Positions 7,908 to 16,548 of a DNA stretch of 20,000 bases are shown in pieces. Numbering within the stretch: position 1 is the first letter of the stretch; each line of letters opens with the position of its first letter. The position numbers and the translations under genes are program-made. The stretch is taken from the IMG/VR virus record IMGVR_UViG_3300021961_000087; one strand, given 5' to 3'. Below the pieces are notes generated by a model. It was not told where the DNA came from. It did no database searches and saw only the letters and a list, made by a program, of their open reading frames with translations. The DNA is from an uncultured virus (IMG/VR IMGVR_UViG_3300021961_000087). Its lineage: Duplodnaviria; Heunggongvirae; Uroviricota; Caudoviricetes; Crassvirales.

Positions 7908-10900
7908 TTAAGATGGTGTGGTACAATTACAGCATACGTCAGTAATATCTACATCTGAGTAGCATAAAGTTACAGGAACCGATTGTCTGAAATCCCATAT
8001 CAAATATAAATAATCTTGTAAAGCAGGAACAGTAAACTCTGCATAGTTATATGTACCGCCACCTTGATTAGGTGTAGCAGTTGTAGCTAATCCTAATAAA
8101 GTATTAATATTCGCACTGTTATTGCCGTACAATGTATTTGATGTATGGTATTTAAACTTGTCTTGAGCAGGGTTAAATACGAACGTGTCAGTAGCAAATT
8201 GATTTGAAATCAAACTAACTGTGCTACCTGCAGGAGGGAAAGCCCCTGAGCCTACAGGACCCGTAGTGACATTGTACCTTGAAACTAATGGATTAGTTGT
8301 GCCTGCTACAAAAGTAACAAGGCTTGATTGTAATGGAGAAGTAAACGCTCCGTCAACATATCTGTATTGAGTATGTATGGTATCGCCTGATTCATAATCA
8401 TTAGTAAGTACAATCTGTACAACCGTAAGAGCGTCAGCTTGACAGCAATCAGCAAGTACGTTTAACACAACATCTCCTCTATAGTTTATTGTTATAGATA
8501 CAGTTTCTATTGACACATTGTTCTTATCAAATGTTAAGGTACCACCTTCAGTAACCCATCCTGTTGTATCTGTTGTTCCGTCATAGTCAATTACTATCTC
8601 AAATTCACCATCTTCAGATATTGAAGAAACGCTATAAATAACATCAGTAAAACCAACTACAGGACCTAAGTCAACACAATAAGAAGTTGAATTGGTTTCT
8701 GCTGCCAATGTAGTTAATGTAAATGTCTGAGATATTCCACAGTCTAAACACTCAATGTTATATGGTAAATCTAACTCGTTACTTGAAAGAACATACTCGT
8801 TCATATAAGGGTCGAATCCTCCAAGTTTCTGTGTATTAAATGAAGCATTGAACTCATCTCTAAACCAAGTTCTCATATTCATTTCAGAGATAACTTTCAG
8901 TTGGTCCTGAGCATAAGAGTCTCCCCTTAATTGGATAACTGCCCCACGCTTTACGTCAGTAAAGAACCTATCGTATCCCCATTGAACATAACTCTCAGGA
9001 TTAAAACTGATGCCATATTTTTCGCTACGAGCAATCTGTGTACCTAATACCTCAGGCACAGATGCTACAACACCACCACCTGTAGAGTCAGAAATAAGGT
9101 TCTTGTCAGCCAATACATATGAAATCTTATCTTCTTGAAGAACAAGAATATCTGTTTGTCTCCCGTCCATTAAGTATATACCACCAAATGATGGCTCGCA
9201 AACTTTATAGTTAAGAAGACCTAAGTTAAATTCATTTAGCTTATTTACATTAGACTCATCGCTATACACACCACTGTATGTAATGTCAGCAAATCTATCA
9301 GCTTCTTTATAATCTTGAGCAGATACGCTTGTAACCCTGTTGCCAAAGCCAAACGAATTGCCTACAATTGAGTCTCTAATCTTATAACTCTCTGCTCCGT
9401 TACCGAACGCAAAGCAGTTAAAGAACTTGGTATCTACTATAGCAGGGGTACCTGAGCCAATGTTTTGATTCTGAATATTACCTTGATGGTTGCCATTCAC
9501 AATAGCAAATGACATCTCATTTTCAAAGAACACGTCAGGCAATGCCTCGCTTGGTAGTGTCTCAAATATTAAAGTCTTATCAGAACGAAATACAGTAATA
9601 CTTACCTCAACACTTGATGCACGAGCATTAGGGTAACCCACACCCGTACAAGGTAATGTACCTGTTACCATCAATTGTAATTGATTGGTTGATGTATTTC
9701 TGTAAAATTTATAATAGTTAATACATAGGTCAGTTAAAATGTCACCTGCTGTATTAGTAATTGTTGGGATAAACTCATTGTCAGGAATACATTGACCTGC
9801 TCCTGCATATCTTGAGCCGTCATTTAAGAACTGCTCAATATTATCTCCCACCCACCAATCATACATATTGTCATATGTATTAGACGAAACAAGAGTTTTT
9901 TCTAAACTGTTTCTTCTTTCCTCACAGCTATTACCTACACCACTTCTTGTTTGCTTGATTGTCATTACAATCCTACTTCCTGCAGGAATATCATAATCAA
10001 CCCAAGCAGATGTAGCCGTATCATAACGGTTCATTGGGTAGTAAAGAATAGGGAAGGTTCCTCCTCTTGGTTGAGTTTCAGTTATTTTACCCGGACCAAT
10101 AATAGCTAATTCATCCTGAACGATATTAAAGCTGTTAGGATTAATCTTCATATAAACACCTGCAGGAATTGGCAACATTACCGTTGGGTCTAATTCACTT
10201 GGTATTTCTAAGAAGCCTGAAGCCTGAGCACTCTTCTCAAGTACAGTTGCGTACACACAAGAAGTAGTTGCTCCGTTAGAGTCAGCCTTTACAATAAGCC
10301 TATCTCCTGCCTCAATCTTACGTGCGTTCTCACCTTCAAGTAAGAAGTACGCATTATTTGTTAATGGGTCCTCAAAGAATATGCTACAATAAATTGTCTC
10401 ATAGTTCTCTTCGTCAGGCTTGATAACAAACTTGTATCTCGTAGCCCAAGACGGAGGTAATTGTGTTGGCGGTATTGTGACCTGAATGGAGTTTTTGTAC
10501 GCAGACAATCCACAAGGAACGTGCTCCGTATTATTAGGGCTTACAAGAGCGGTTGTAGCTCTATTAAACTCATCCATGTACACAATACCAATCTCGTAAT
10601 CACGGTTACTATGTAAGCTCTGAGGATTAGCTATTTCTTGGAATGTTGCTTCAGCTAATGTAACCTCATAATATTCATATAAAGTTTGAGTAGGCGTAAC
10701 GATATTATCTACATAACGCATTGCAGGGAATTGTAGTCCAATTACGCTGCTTCCCGGACTTGTAATAATTCCTACCGGTTCACCTACTGCACTAATACCA
10801 CTACCATTTTTGGTAAATGCATCTAAATTGTTTGGTATCGCACAGTTAAAAGCATCTGTAAATGTTGTTCCATTACAAGAGTTAGCTACCGTTTGAATAT

Positions 10901-12326
10901 TAGCTGCTGTACCTACTGCATTTTGAAACTCAACACTTGTTGCTAACTGATATACTGATGTATATGTAGTAGACAAAAAGAAAGCAAAGTTTAATCTAAC
11001 ATTATCTGTTTCCTCAGTAGGGAAAGGCGTTTGACCTGAAAACTGAGCGTGAGCAATAACTACATCTAAGTTTATTGCAGACCCTGCTACCAAGTTTTGT
11101 CCTGTCAAATCAAATGTAACAACTGCATTAGCAACGTTTACACTACCATTGATAGAATAGTTACCTGAAGCAAGACCATCAGTAATATCAGTATTACCAA
11201 TTGGGGTAGATACCAAACTCGTTGTGTACTCAAACTTTACCGGTGCGCCATATTGGTCTATTAAATCATAGCCCTCAACATAGTTACCATACATCAACCT
11301 GTTACCCATAATTGTCTGAGCCTTTGCAAATCGAGGTACGTTGTCGTACAATCTAAGTAACTCAGCAGCAGATAGAATGGTAAAGATTTTACTATTAGTA
11401 AATGTATATTGGTAGTCTGTATTGTTTGCAAGACCTAAGTTAGACTTGTCAAGTTTCTCAATAACCTTGATGACATTGCCATCTGACCTCTTGAACAATA
11501 AGTCAATGCCAACTACAAGTGAACCGCCTGAGTTGTATGTAATTATTGCTGAGTTGCAGAAATTTGTCATACCCTCGTTCAAGAAACTTTCAATGCTAAA
11601 GCTAAATGGATTAGGTACAAAAGCAGGTTGAGACCACTGAGAAGTGGCACTGTACTCTCCATCAATGTACCTATATCTATAAGCAAAGCAGATAAACCTT
11701 GTATCCAAATAGTTCTCTTGACCATTGGTTACAATTGGCTCAACACCCGGAGACTCAACCGGTGGCTTTTTGATAACAAGTAGTGACTCTGCACTAACTT
11801 GGTCAATATTGGCAATAGGGTTTGGATAGTTCCTATTTATATTAATAAACCTTGGAGCATTATAATCATCTGTAAAAAAGAACAAATCATTTAAAATGTC
11901 CATACCCGTAACCAAATAGTTCGGGTTAAAGTTTAATGTAGTGTTTACACCACCACCATCGTCAATGCTGACAACGTGGTAGGTTAATATGTTTGTTGAA
12001 ACATTAAAAGAAACAATCAGGTCAAGTTTACCTGTAGCACCTTCTGAAAAGTTTGGGTCGTGAACAAGCCAATAAATGGTTTCATTCACACTATTTTGTA
12101 GAGCACCTATACATTTTGCCTGAGAGCTAAGTGGCGTTCCATCAATATATGATAATGAAGTAAGGGGAAGATTCCCCTTTGTATTCTCAATAACTCCAAC
12201 CTCTGAGTTCTCAGTTGAACCCATTCTAATATTCATAGCATCTATATACTCACCTTCAGGAAGAAGTCGTTCATCAACGACTTTATTCATCCTGCCTGCT
12301 ATAAAGTTTCTTGTAAAATTTGCCAT
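7908..12326 (-). CDS. Tail stabilization / nozzle-like protein, 1472 aa
   Basis: Motifs GRMNKVVDERLLPEGEYIDAMNIR, FFTDDYNAPRFINI, FAYRYRYIDGEYSATS, GNRLMYGNYVEGY, YEIGIVYMDEFNR, YGISFNPES, FFTDVKRGAV and GGFDPYMNEY, which I recognise from crAss-like and other Bacteroidota phage stabilization proteins (P22 gp10 / T7 gp12 role). Size and position fit. Confidence 0.8.
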   Translation of the reverse strand: MANFTRNFIAGRMNKVVDERLLPEGEYIDAMNIRMGSTENSEVGVIENTKGNLPLTSLSYIDGTPLSSQAKCIGALQNSVNETIYWLVHDPNFSEGATGKLDLIVSFNVSTNILTYHVVSIDDGGGVNTTLNFNPNYLVTGMDILNDLFFFTDDYNAPRFININRNYPNPIANIDQVSAESLLVIKKPPVESPGVEPIVTNGQENYLDTRFICFAYRYRYIDGEYSATSQWSQPAFVPNPFSFSIESFLNEGMTNFCNSAIITYNSGGSLVVGIDLLFKRSDGNVIKVIEKLDKSNLGLANNTDYQYTFTNSKIFTILSAAELLRLYDNVPRFAKAQTIMGNRLMYGNYVEGYDLIDQYGAPVKFEYTTSLVSTPIGNTDITDGLASGNYSINGSVNVANAVVTFDLTGQNLVAGSAINLDVVIAHAQFSGQTPFPTEETDNVRLNFAFFLSTTYTSVYQLATSVEFQNAVGTAANIQTVANSCNGTTFTDAFNCAIPNNLDAFTKNGSGISAVGEPVGIITSPGSSVIGLQFPAMRYVDNIVTPTQTLYEYYEVTLAEATFQEIANPQSLHSNRDYEIGIVYMDEFNRATTALVSPNNTEHVPCGLSAYKNSIQVTIPPTQLPPSWATRYKFVIKPDEENYETIYCSIFFEDPLTNNAYFLLEGENARKIEAGDRLIVKADSNGATTSCVYATVLEKSAQASGFLEIPSELDPTVMLPIPAGVYMKINPNSFNIVQDELAIIGPGKITETQPRGGTFPILYYPMNRYDTATSAWVDYDIPAGSRIVMTIKQTRSGVGNSCEERRNSLEKTLVSSNTYDNMYDWWVGDNIEQFLNDGSRYAGAGQCIPDNEFIPTITNTAGDILTDLCINYYKFYRNTSTNQLQLMVTGTLPCTGVGYPNARASSVEVSITVFRSDKTLIFETLPSEALPDVFFENEMSFAIVNGNHQGNIQNQNIGSGTPAIVDTKFFNCFAFGNGAESYKIRDSIVGNSFGFGNRVTSVSAQDYKEADRFADITYSGVYSDESNVNKLNEFNLGLLNYKVCEPSFGGIYLMDGRQTDILVLQEDKISYVLADKNLISDSTGGGVVASVPEVLGTQIARSEKYGISFNPESYVQWGYDRFFTDVKRGAVIQLRGDSYAQDQLKVISEMNMRTWFRDEFNASFNTQKLGGFDPYMNEYVLSSNELDLPYNIECLDCGISQTFTLTTLAAETNSTSYCVDLGPVVGFTDVIYSVSSISEDGEFEIVIDYDGTTDTTGWVTEGGTLTFDKNNVSIETVSITINYRGDVVLNVLADCCQADALTVVQIVLTNDYESGDTIHTQYRYVDGAFTSPLQSSLVTFVAGTTNPLVSRYNVTTGPVGSGAFPPAGSTVSLISNQFATDTFVFNPAQDKFKYHTSNTLYGNNSANINTLLGLATTATPNQGGGTYNYAEFTVPALQDYLYLIWDFRQSVPVTLCYSDVDITDVCCNCTTPS

Positions 12327-12327
12327 C

Positions 12328-13251
12328 TTATTTGATTTGCTTGTCCAATCCTCTTAAGTTCATTAAGAGTCTGCCGGGATGAATGTTACTGATTCTAATC
12401 TTTGCGTTTCTAAGCAATGCGCTTTTTTCCTTACGAGCACGTGCAACAATATATTCCTGCACGCCTAATTTAGAACTTAAAATGTCATATTGAATAGAAG
12501 CGTAAATATATTTCTCAAATAATTTATTGACTGTAATCAGAGAGTTATCTCCTCCTTCCATACCATCAGAAACATATTCCAAAATACATTGCTGACCTGA
12601 CATAGATGAGTCAAAATTAATTACTCCTGATTTTCTGTCAACGTTAAATGTAGGATTAAAGTTTGCAGTTTCTGTATTCAATCCATATGCAGTTCCGATA
12701 TTAGCCTCAAAGTACCACATACCATCGTAGTTCCAACCAAGTTGACCATTGAATTGGTTTCCTTGGTTAAGATAGATACTCTTCTTGATATGCGTTAATC
12801 TGTCGTAATCAATCTCAGAATACTGAGGACTCAATGCGTTTCCGTATTGGTCAAATAAAATACGACCTGTATTATCTTGCAAGTATGCCTTAGATGAAAG
12901 TGTTTGGATATTCTCTGTTAATGGTCTTAACCAACCATCTTTGTATAAAGATATACGTACCCAATTGACATAGTCAGATGGTAAGATGTATCTCAACATA
13001 TCAGGAACTGTAAGCTCCAATACTTTAATTTCTTTAAATGCATCGTAGTTTAATTCCTGTATAGCACGCTTAGCGTGGAACAATACTTTGTAACGCTCTT
13101 CATTGTTAACCAATGAATGGTTACCTGAGTACATTAACAAGAAATTGTTTACGATGTCTTGTAGGCTAACGTATTGATACGACCCCCAATTGGCGTCCTC
13201 GGGTTGAACTCCTCCGTTCTCGTAGTATTGATACTGTGATATATATGCCAT
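12328..13251 (-). CDS. Structural protein, putative neck/tail adaptor (ring) protein, 307 aa
   Basis: Pattern of AKRAIQELNYD, Y.LPSDYVNWVRIS and ILEYVSDG typical of head-tail adaptor/ring proteins. It lies immediately upstream of the stabilization gene with a 1-nt gap. Confidence 0.65.
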   Translation of the reverse strand: MAYISQYQYYENGGVQPEDANWGSYQYVSLQDIVNNFLLMYSGNHSLVNNEERYKVLFHAKRAIQELNYDAFKEIKVLELTVPDMLRYILPSDYVNWVRISLYKDGWLRPLTENIQTLSSKAYLQDNTGRILFDQYGNALSPQYSEIDYDRLTHIKKSIYLNQGNQFNGQLGWNYDGMWYFEANIGTAYGLNTETANFNPTFNVDRKSGVINFDSSMSGQQCILEYVSDGMEGGDNSLITVNKLFEKYIYASIQYDILSSKLGVQEYIVARARKEKSALLRNAKIRISNIHPGRLLMNLRGLDKQIK

Positions 13252-13262
13252 ATCTTAATATT

Positions 13263-14201
13263 TTATGGATTTTTTTCTTGCTGTTGTTTAGCCATATTGA
13301 ATTGCGTAACTTCAGTCTCACGAATAGATACACCACAATACTGAAGAATCCTTGTAACCAATTTGTATTCATCTTCAATAGGTAATTCAAAATCTTGATA
13401 ATCATTTTGTGATTGGTCAAATACCGGTTCACCATTTGAAAGTGTAATATAGGTCCACTTAGGAACCTTAGGGAATCTAAAGTAAGTAGCCTGAACTTGA
13501 CCCTTGTTGCTTATTGTTGCAGGGTAAATAGTCAACTCAGTGCCCTGTATAGTATATGCAGGATATTGAATTGTAGGCGCAGTTAAATTAGAATTATTAA
13601 GAAGTGTCATATTTGAATTAATAACCTTCTCTGCTTGCGTAACAGTTGCAGATGAAAATACGCTATAAACATTTCCTGCTGCTAAAAATATATTTGAATC
13701 TAAAAGGATTGCTGTATTACTAAGCACTGATGAAACTGTTGATACCAATCCTGTTGTAAGGTTTGTAACAACATCACCTGCTACAATATCATCAGTTGTA
13801 AAAGTTGCTGTACTGTCAACTAATTGACCACTTACAACGGACGTGTTGGTTCCTGTCTTTAAATTAACAGGCTTACACTCAACGTCTAATAACATATAAG
13901 CAGAATATCCTGTTGTAGCAGGAGTAGGTACTGAAAATCTATTAGCAGAAATTTTAGATAAATAGTCTTTTCTTAAAAAAGATTCCATTGTCTCAGCAAT
14001 TGGTTGCTCCATATCGGCATAATTAACGCCTGCTGCACGAGCATTTTCTAAATTGATAACAGCATTGTAGCTGCTAAAATACTCCTCATAGATTTCCATT
14101 TGTGCATTCTGAGCATACAAATTAAAATCAGAAGGAGAGATGTATCCGTAGTTATTTTTATTCAGTACAGACAACACCATATTTCTTACTGAGTTTATCA
14201 T
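13263..14201 (-). CDS. Putative tail tubular / head-tail adaptor protein, 312 aa (start revised to ATG 14201, MINSVRN...)
   Basis: The ORF-track start at 14264 would translate through a terminator hairpin. ATG 14201 follows a TAnnTTTG box and an A-rich leader. Motifs NKNNYGYISPSDFNLYAQNAQMEI, YFRFPKVPKW and DFELP..DEYKLV..IL.Y.G fit gatekeeper/adaptor-type proteins. Confidence 0.7.
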   Translation of the reverse strand: MINSVRNMVLSVLNKNNYGYISPSDFNLYAQNAQMEIYEEYFSSYNAVINLENARAAGVNYADMEQPIAETMESFLRKDYLSKISANRFSVPTPATTGYSAYMLLDVECKPVNLKTGTNTSVVSGQLVDSTATFTTDDIVAGDVVTNLTTGLVSTVSSVLSNTAILLDSNIFLAAGNVYSVFSSATVTQAEKVINSNMTLLNNSNLTAPTIQYPAYTIQGTELTIYPATISNKGQVQATYFRFPKVPKWTYITLSNGEPVFDQSQNDYQDFELPIEDEYKLVTRILQYCGVSIRETEVTQFNMAKQQQEKNP

Positions 14202-14215
14202 TAGTTCTTTTTTTA

Positions 14216-14223
14216 CAAATATA
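14216..14223 (-). promoter_or_regulatory. Bacteroidota-type -7 promoter element (TATATTTG) upstream of the neck/tail genes
   Basis: TAnnTTTG match directly downstream of a terminator U-tract and 14 nt upstream of ATG 14201. Confidence 0.75.
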
Positions 14224-14226
14224 CAT

Positions 14227-14261
14227 AAAAAAAAAGAGGGCACAATAAGTGCCCCCTCTTT
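14227..14261 (-). terminator. Rho-independent terminator after the 247-aa gene
   Basis: Minus strand reads AAAGAGGGGGCAC-TTATT-GTGCCCTC followed by nine T: a GC-rich stem with a 2-nt bulge and a long U-tract. Confidence 0.85.
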
Positions 14262-14288
14262 CAATCATCAATCAATAATCAACATCTA

Positions 14289-15032
14289 TTATCCTAAAGT
14301 TGCTTCTAACATCTTTAAGGAATCAATCCCTTCATCGCTCTGTAAGAAGTGGGCTACCATATCATATGGGTCTTCTCCGAACGGAACTGACAACATCTTC
14401 TTTTTATTGGTAGCGGTATTAAACCACACCTCTTTGTCGCCATTTCTTAATATCAATAACTTGTTCTCAAAGAATAAACGAACCTTTGCTTGGAACTTCA
14501 ATTCAGGGTCGTTTAATATACTCAAGAACTCCTTAGGTTCTCTTTTAGCAAATACCAAGATGTCACGCTTTAACTCAGCAGTAGACACGGTAGATGGGTC
14601 TTTACCAAACATTACTCTTGTAAGAGTTTCAATTTGGTCTATTGAAAGCTGACGTGCTTCAACTAAAGCCTCAATCTCTAAGTCCAAATCTTGAACCTCT
14701 GCAGCAGCGTCTTTCTCTTTGTCCACTTCAGCGAAGATGGTACCATTTAATGGATGGTAATGTAAGAATTGCTGTAATACAGGATTGTTCTTTGGGACAC
14801 GTAGAAAGCCATCTTCAAAGATGATTGGCTCTAATGTAAAGTTCCCGTCTTGCTCGTCCTCAAATGGGGACTTCTGATTCGTTGCATATCTCAATGCACG
14901 ATTAACATTGTTCTTCTCGTCAAACCACATTAGTGGGAATCGAGGATGGTTTCTTGAAGCTAATGTATAGCTCAATGGATTGCCTATTTTCAGCTTGTAG
15001 ACTTTGTCTACAGGTGTTGTACTTTTTGCCAT
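14289..15032 (-). CDS. Conserved phage hypothetical protein downstream of the major capsid protein, 247 aa
   Basis: Clean ORF with a strong A-rich leader and double stop TAATAG. Motifs RALRYATNQKSPFEDEQ and IIFEDGFLRVP..N..LQQFL. Function not assignable from sequence. Confidence 0.75.
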   Translation of the reverse strand: MAKSTTPVDKVYKLKIGNPLSYTLASRNHPRFPLMWFDEKNNVNRALRYATNQKSPFEDEQDGNFTLEPIIFEDGFLRVPKNNPVLQQFLHYHPLNGTIFAEVDKEKDAAAEVQDLDLEIEALVEARQLSIDQIETLTRVMFGKDPSTVSTAELKRDILVFAKREPKEFLSILNDPELKFQAKVRLFFENKLLILRNGDKEVWFNTATNKKKMLSVPFGEDPYDMVAHFLQSDEGIDSLKMLEATLG

Positions 15033-15056
15033 TTTGTATTTGATTTAATTTGATTT

Positions 15057-15089
15057 AAAAAAGGAGAGTGTCTTTGAAGACACCCTCCC
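15057..15089 (-). terminator. Rho-independent terminator after the major capsid gene
   Basis: Minus strand reads GGAGGGTGTCTTCAAAGACACTCTCC followed by TTTTTT: an approximately 11-bp stem with one G-U pair, a short loop and a U-tract, about 20 nt after the MCP stop. Confidence 0.85.
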
Positions 15090-15108
15090 TGTAAATTATC
15101 TTCCTCTA

Positions 15109-16527
15109 TTAACCATAACGGAATAATACGAAGTTGTTTGCACCAAGGGTACATACGCAACGCTCAGACAGGAAGTTAACCTCCATTGCATCGAGGTCGC
15201 TTGTAGCAGCCCCACCGGCAGAACCTGTAATCCAAGTTTTGTATCTGCGGTCTTCAGCTTCAGAAGCACGGTAACGAACGTGTAAGAAAGGACGCTTAGC
15301 GTTCTTGCCCATAATTTGGTCGTACACTGAAGTAGAACCTGCAGGAACCATTAAACCTGTAATAGTACCGGTTGCAGTTGCAGCAGTAGTATTTAAACCA
15401 CCACGCATTGTTGGGTCATTTAGGTATTTCCAATCAGACTTGTAGAAGTCATAACCTCTACGGAAACCTGTGAAACCTAAGTTTAACGCCATATCAACAT
15501 CGTTGTCGAAAAGACCGAATGAAGCTGATTGAGCAACACCACCTGAAGTGTAGCCATTCAATGTAGCTAACATATTGTCAATGTCGAAACTTAAACCACG
15601 ATTTACGAATACAACGTTCTCTTCGATAGCACCTTGCTTATCAAGACGAGAAACGATAGAATCCCAATCGCTTAAAGTTGTTGGAGTACCACCACCCCAA
15701 ACGTTACCACGGTTGTTTACAACGTAGAAGATACCTTCAGAACCAATGTAACCTGCAGTTGCAGCACCTGAAGAAGATGCAGCCGGAACAGCTTCAATCA
15801 TTGAAGTCTCTAAGTAATCTTCAAAACGTAAACGAGTTTCGTGCTCACTCTTTAAATACCAAAGGTATCCTGTAGCACCATTCTCAGTAGTTACTTCTAC
15901 CCAACCGATTTGAGCCATATCAGAACCGTTAACCGCATACTTATCTTTGATGATAATAGGGTTGTTGCTGTAGATGTCATCTTCTGATTCTAATGAACCA
16001 ACCATTCCGTTAGTTCCTTTTTTGAACTCAGAACCGTAAATGAATACAGTACATTGAGTACTTACTGCGAAAGCCTGACCTGCAGTCTCATAGTAAGCTA
16101 CTGTGAAAGTAGTTGCTGAAGGAACTGCTGTTACGATAGCCTTGTTGAAAACACCTGAAGTGTTATTTTGAATCATCAAAGTTTGTCCAACACGGATAGC
16201 GATGTAAGTCACACCTGAATCAGCTACAGTGAAAGTTGCGGTTGCCGCACCTGCTGCTGCTGCTGAAGTACAGTTAGTGTACTTAATGTGTAAACGTCCT
16301 TGTTCTGCCCATTTGATTTGGTCAGAGTTAGACGGCATCTCTGCTCCTACCATACGTAAGAAAGATGCGATTGTTCTGTTACCATAACGCTCAAATTCTT
16401 TTTCGTATGTATCAGGAAGATACTGATTCAAGAAGTTGAAGTTGGTAATGTAGTTTGTCTGTAACGCCACCTGCTCAGCACTTGGCTGCAATTGGTAGGT
16501 GGGGTTATTCAATAAAGCACTTGCCAT
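15109..16527 (-). CDS. Major capsid protein, 472 aa
   Basis: Follows the scaffold gene, shows highly expressed codon bias (CGT, AAC, TTC, ATC, TAC) and is followed by an intrinsic terminator. Motifs YLPDTYEKEFERYGNR, KWAEQGRLH, NLGFTGFRRGYDFYK and FLSERCVCTLGANNF fit Bacteroidota phage HK97-fold MCPs. Confidence 0.85.
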   Translation of the reverse strand: MASALLNNPTYQLQPSAEQVALQTNYITNFNFLNQYLPDTYEKEFERYGNRTIASFLRMVGAEMPSNSDQIKWAEQGRLHIKYTNCTSAAAAGAATATFTVADSGVTYIAIRVGQTLMIQNNTSGVFNKAIVTAVPSATTFTVAYYETAGQAFAVSTQCTVFIYGSEFKKGTNGMVGSLESEDDIYSNNPIIIKDKYAVNGSDMAQIGWVEVTTENGATGYLWYLKSEHETRLRFEDYLETSMIEAVPAASSSGAATAGYIGSEGIFYVVNNRGNVWGGGTPTTLSDWDSIVSRLDKQGAIEENVVFVNRGLSFDIDNMLATLNGYTSGGVAQSASFGLFDNDVDMALNLGFTGFRRGYDFYKSDWKYLNDPTMRGGLNTTAATATGTITGLMVPAGSTSVYDQIMGKNAKRPFLHVRYRASEAEDRRYKTWITGSAGGAATSDLDAMEVNFLSERCVCTLGANNFVLFRYG

Positions 16528-16548
16528 TTTTTTTAAATTTTAATTGTT

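Noticed and set aside
13166..13435. 89-aa minus-strand alternative-frame ORF spanning two neck genes
   Set aside because: It overlaps two well-supported genes, has no recognisable family or convincing leader, and its composition is typical of off-frame AT-rich sequence.
14202..14264. N-terminal extension MKEGALIVPSFFLCIFVKKEL of the 333-aa ORF, superficially like a signal or lipoprotein peptide
   Set aside because: It is the translation of the terminator hairpin, U-tract and promoter. The likely start is ATG 14201.
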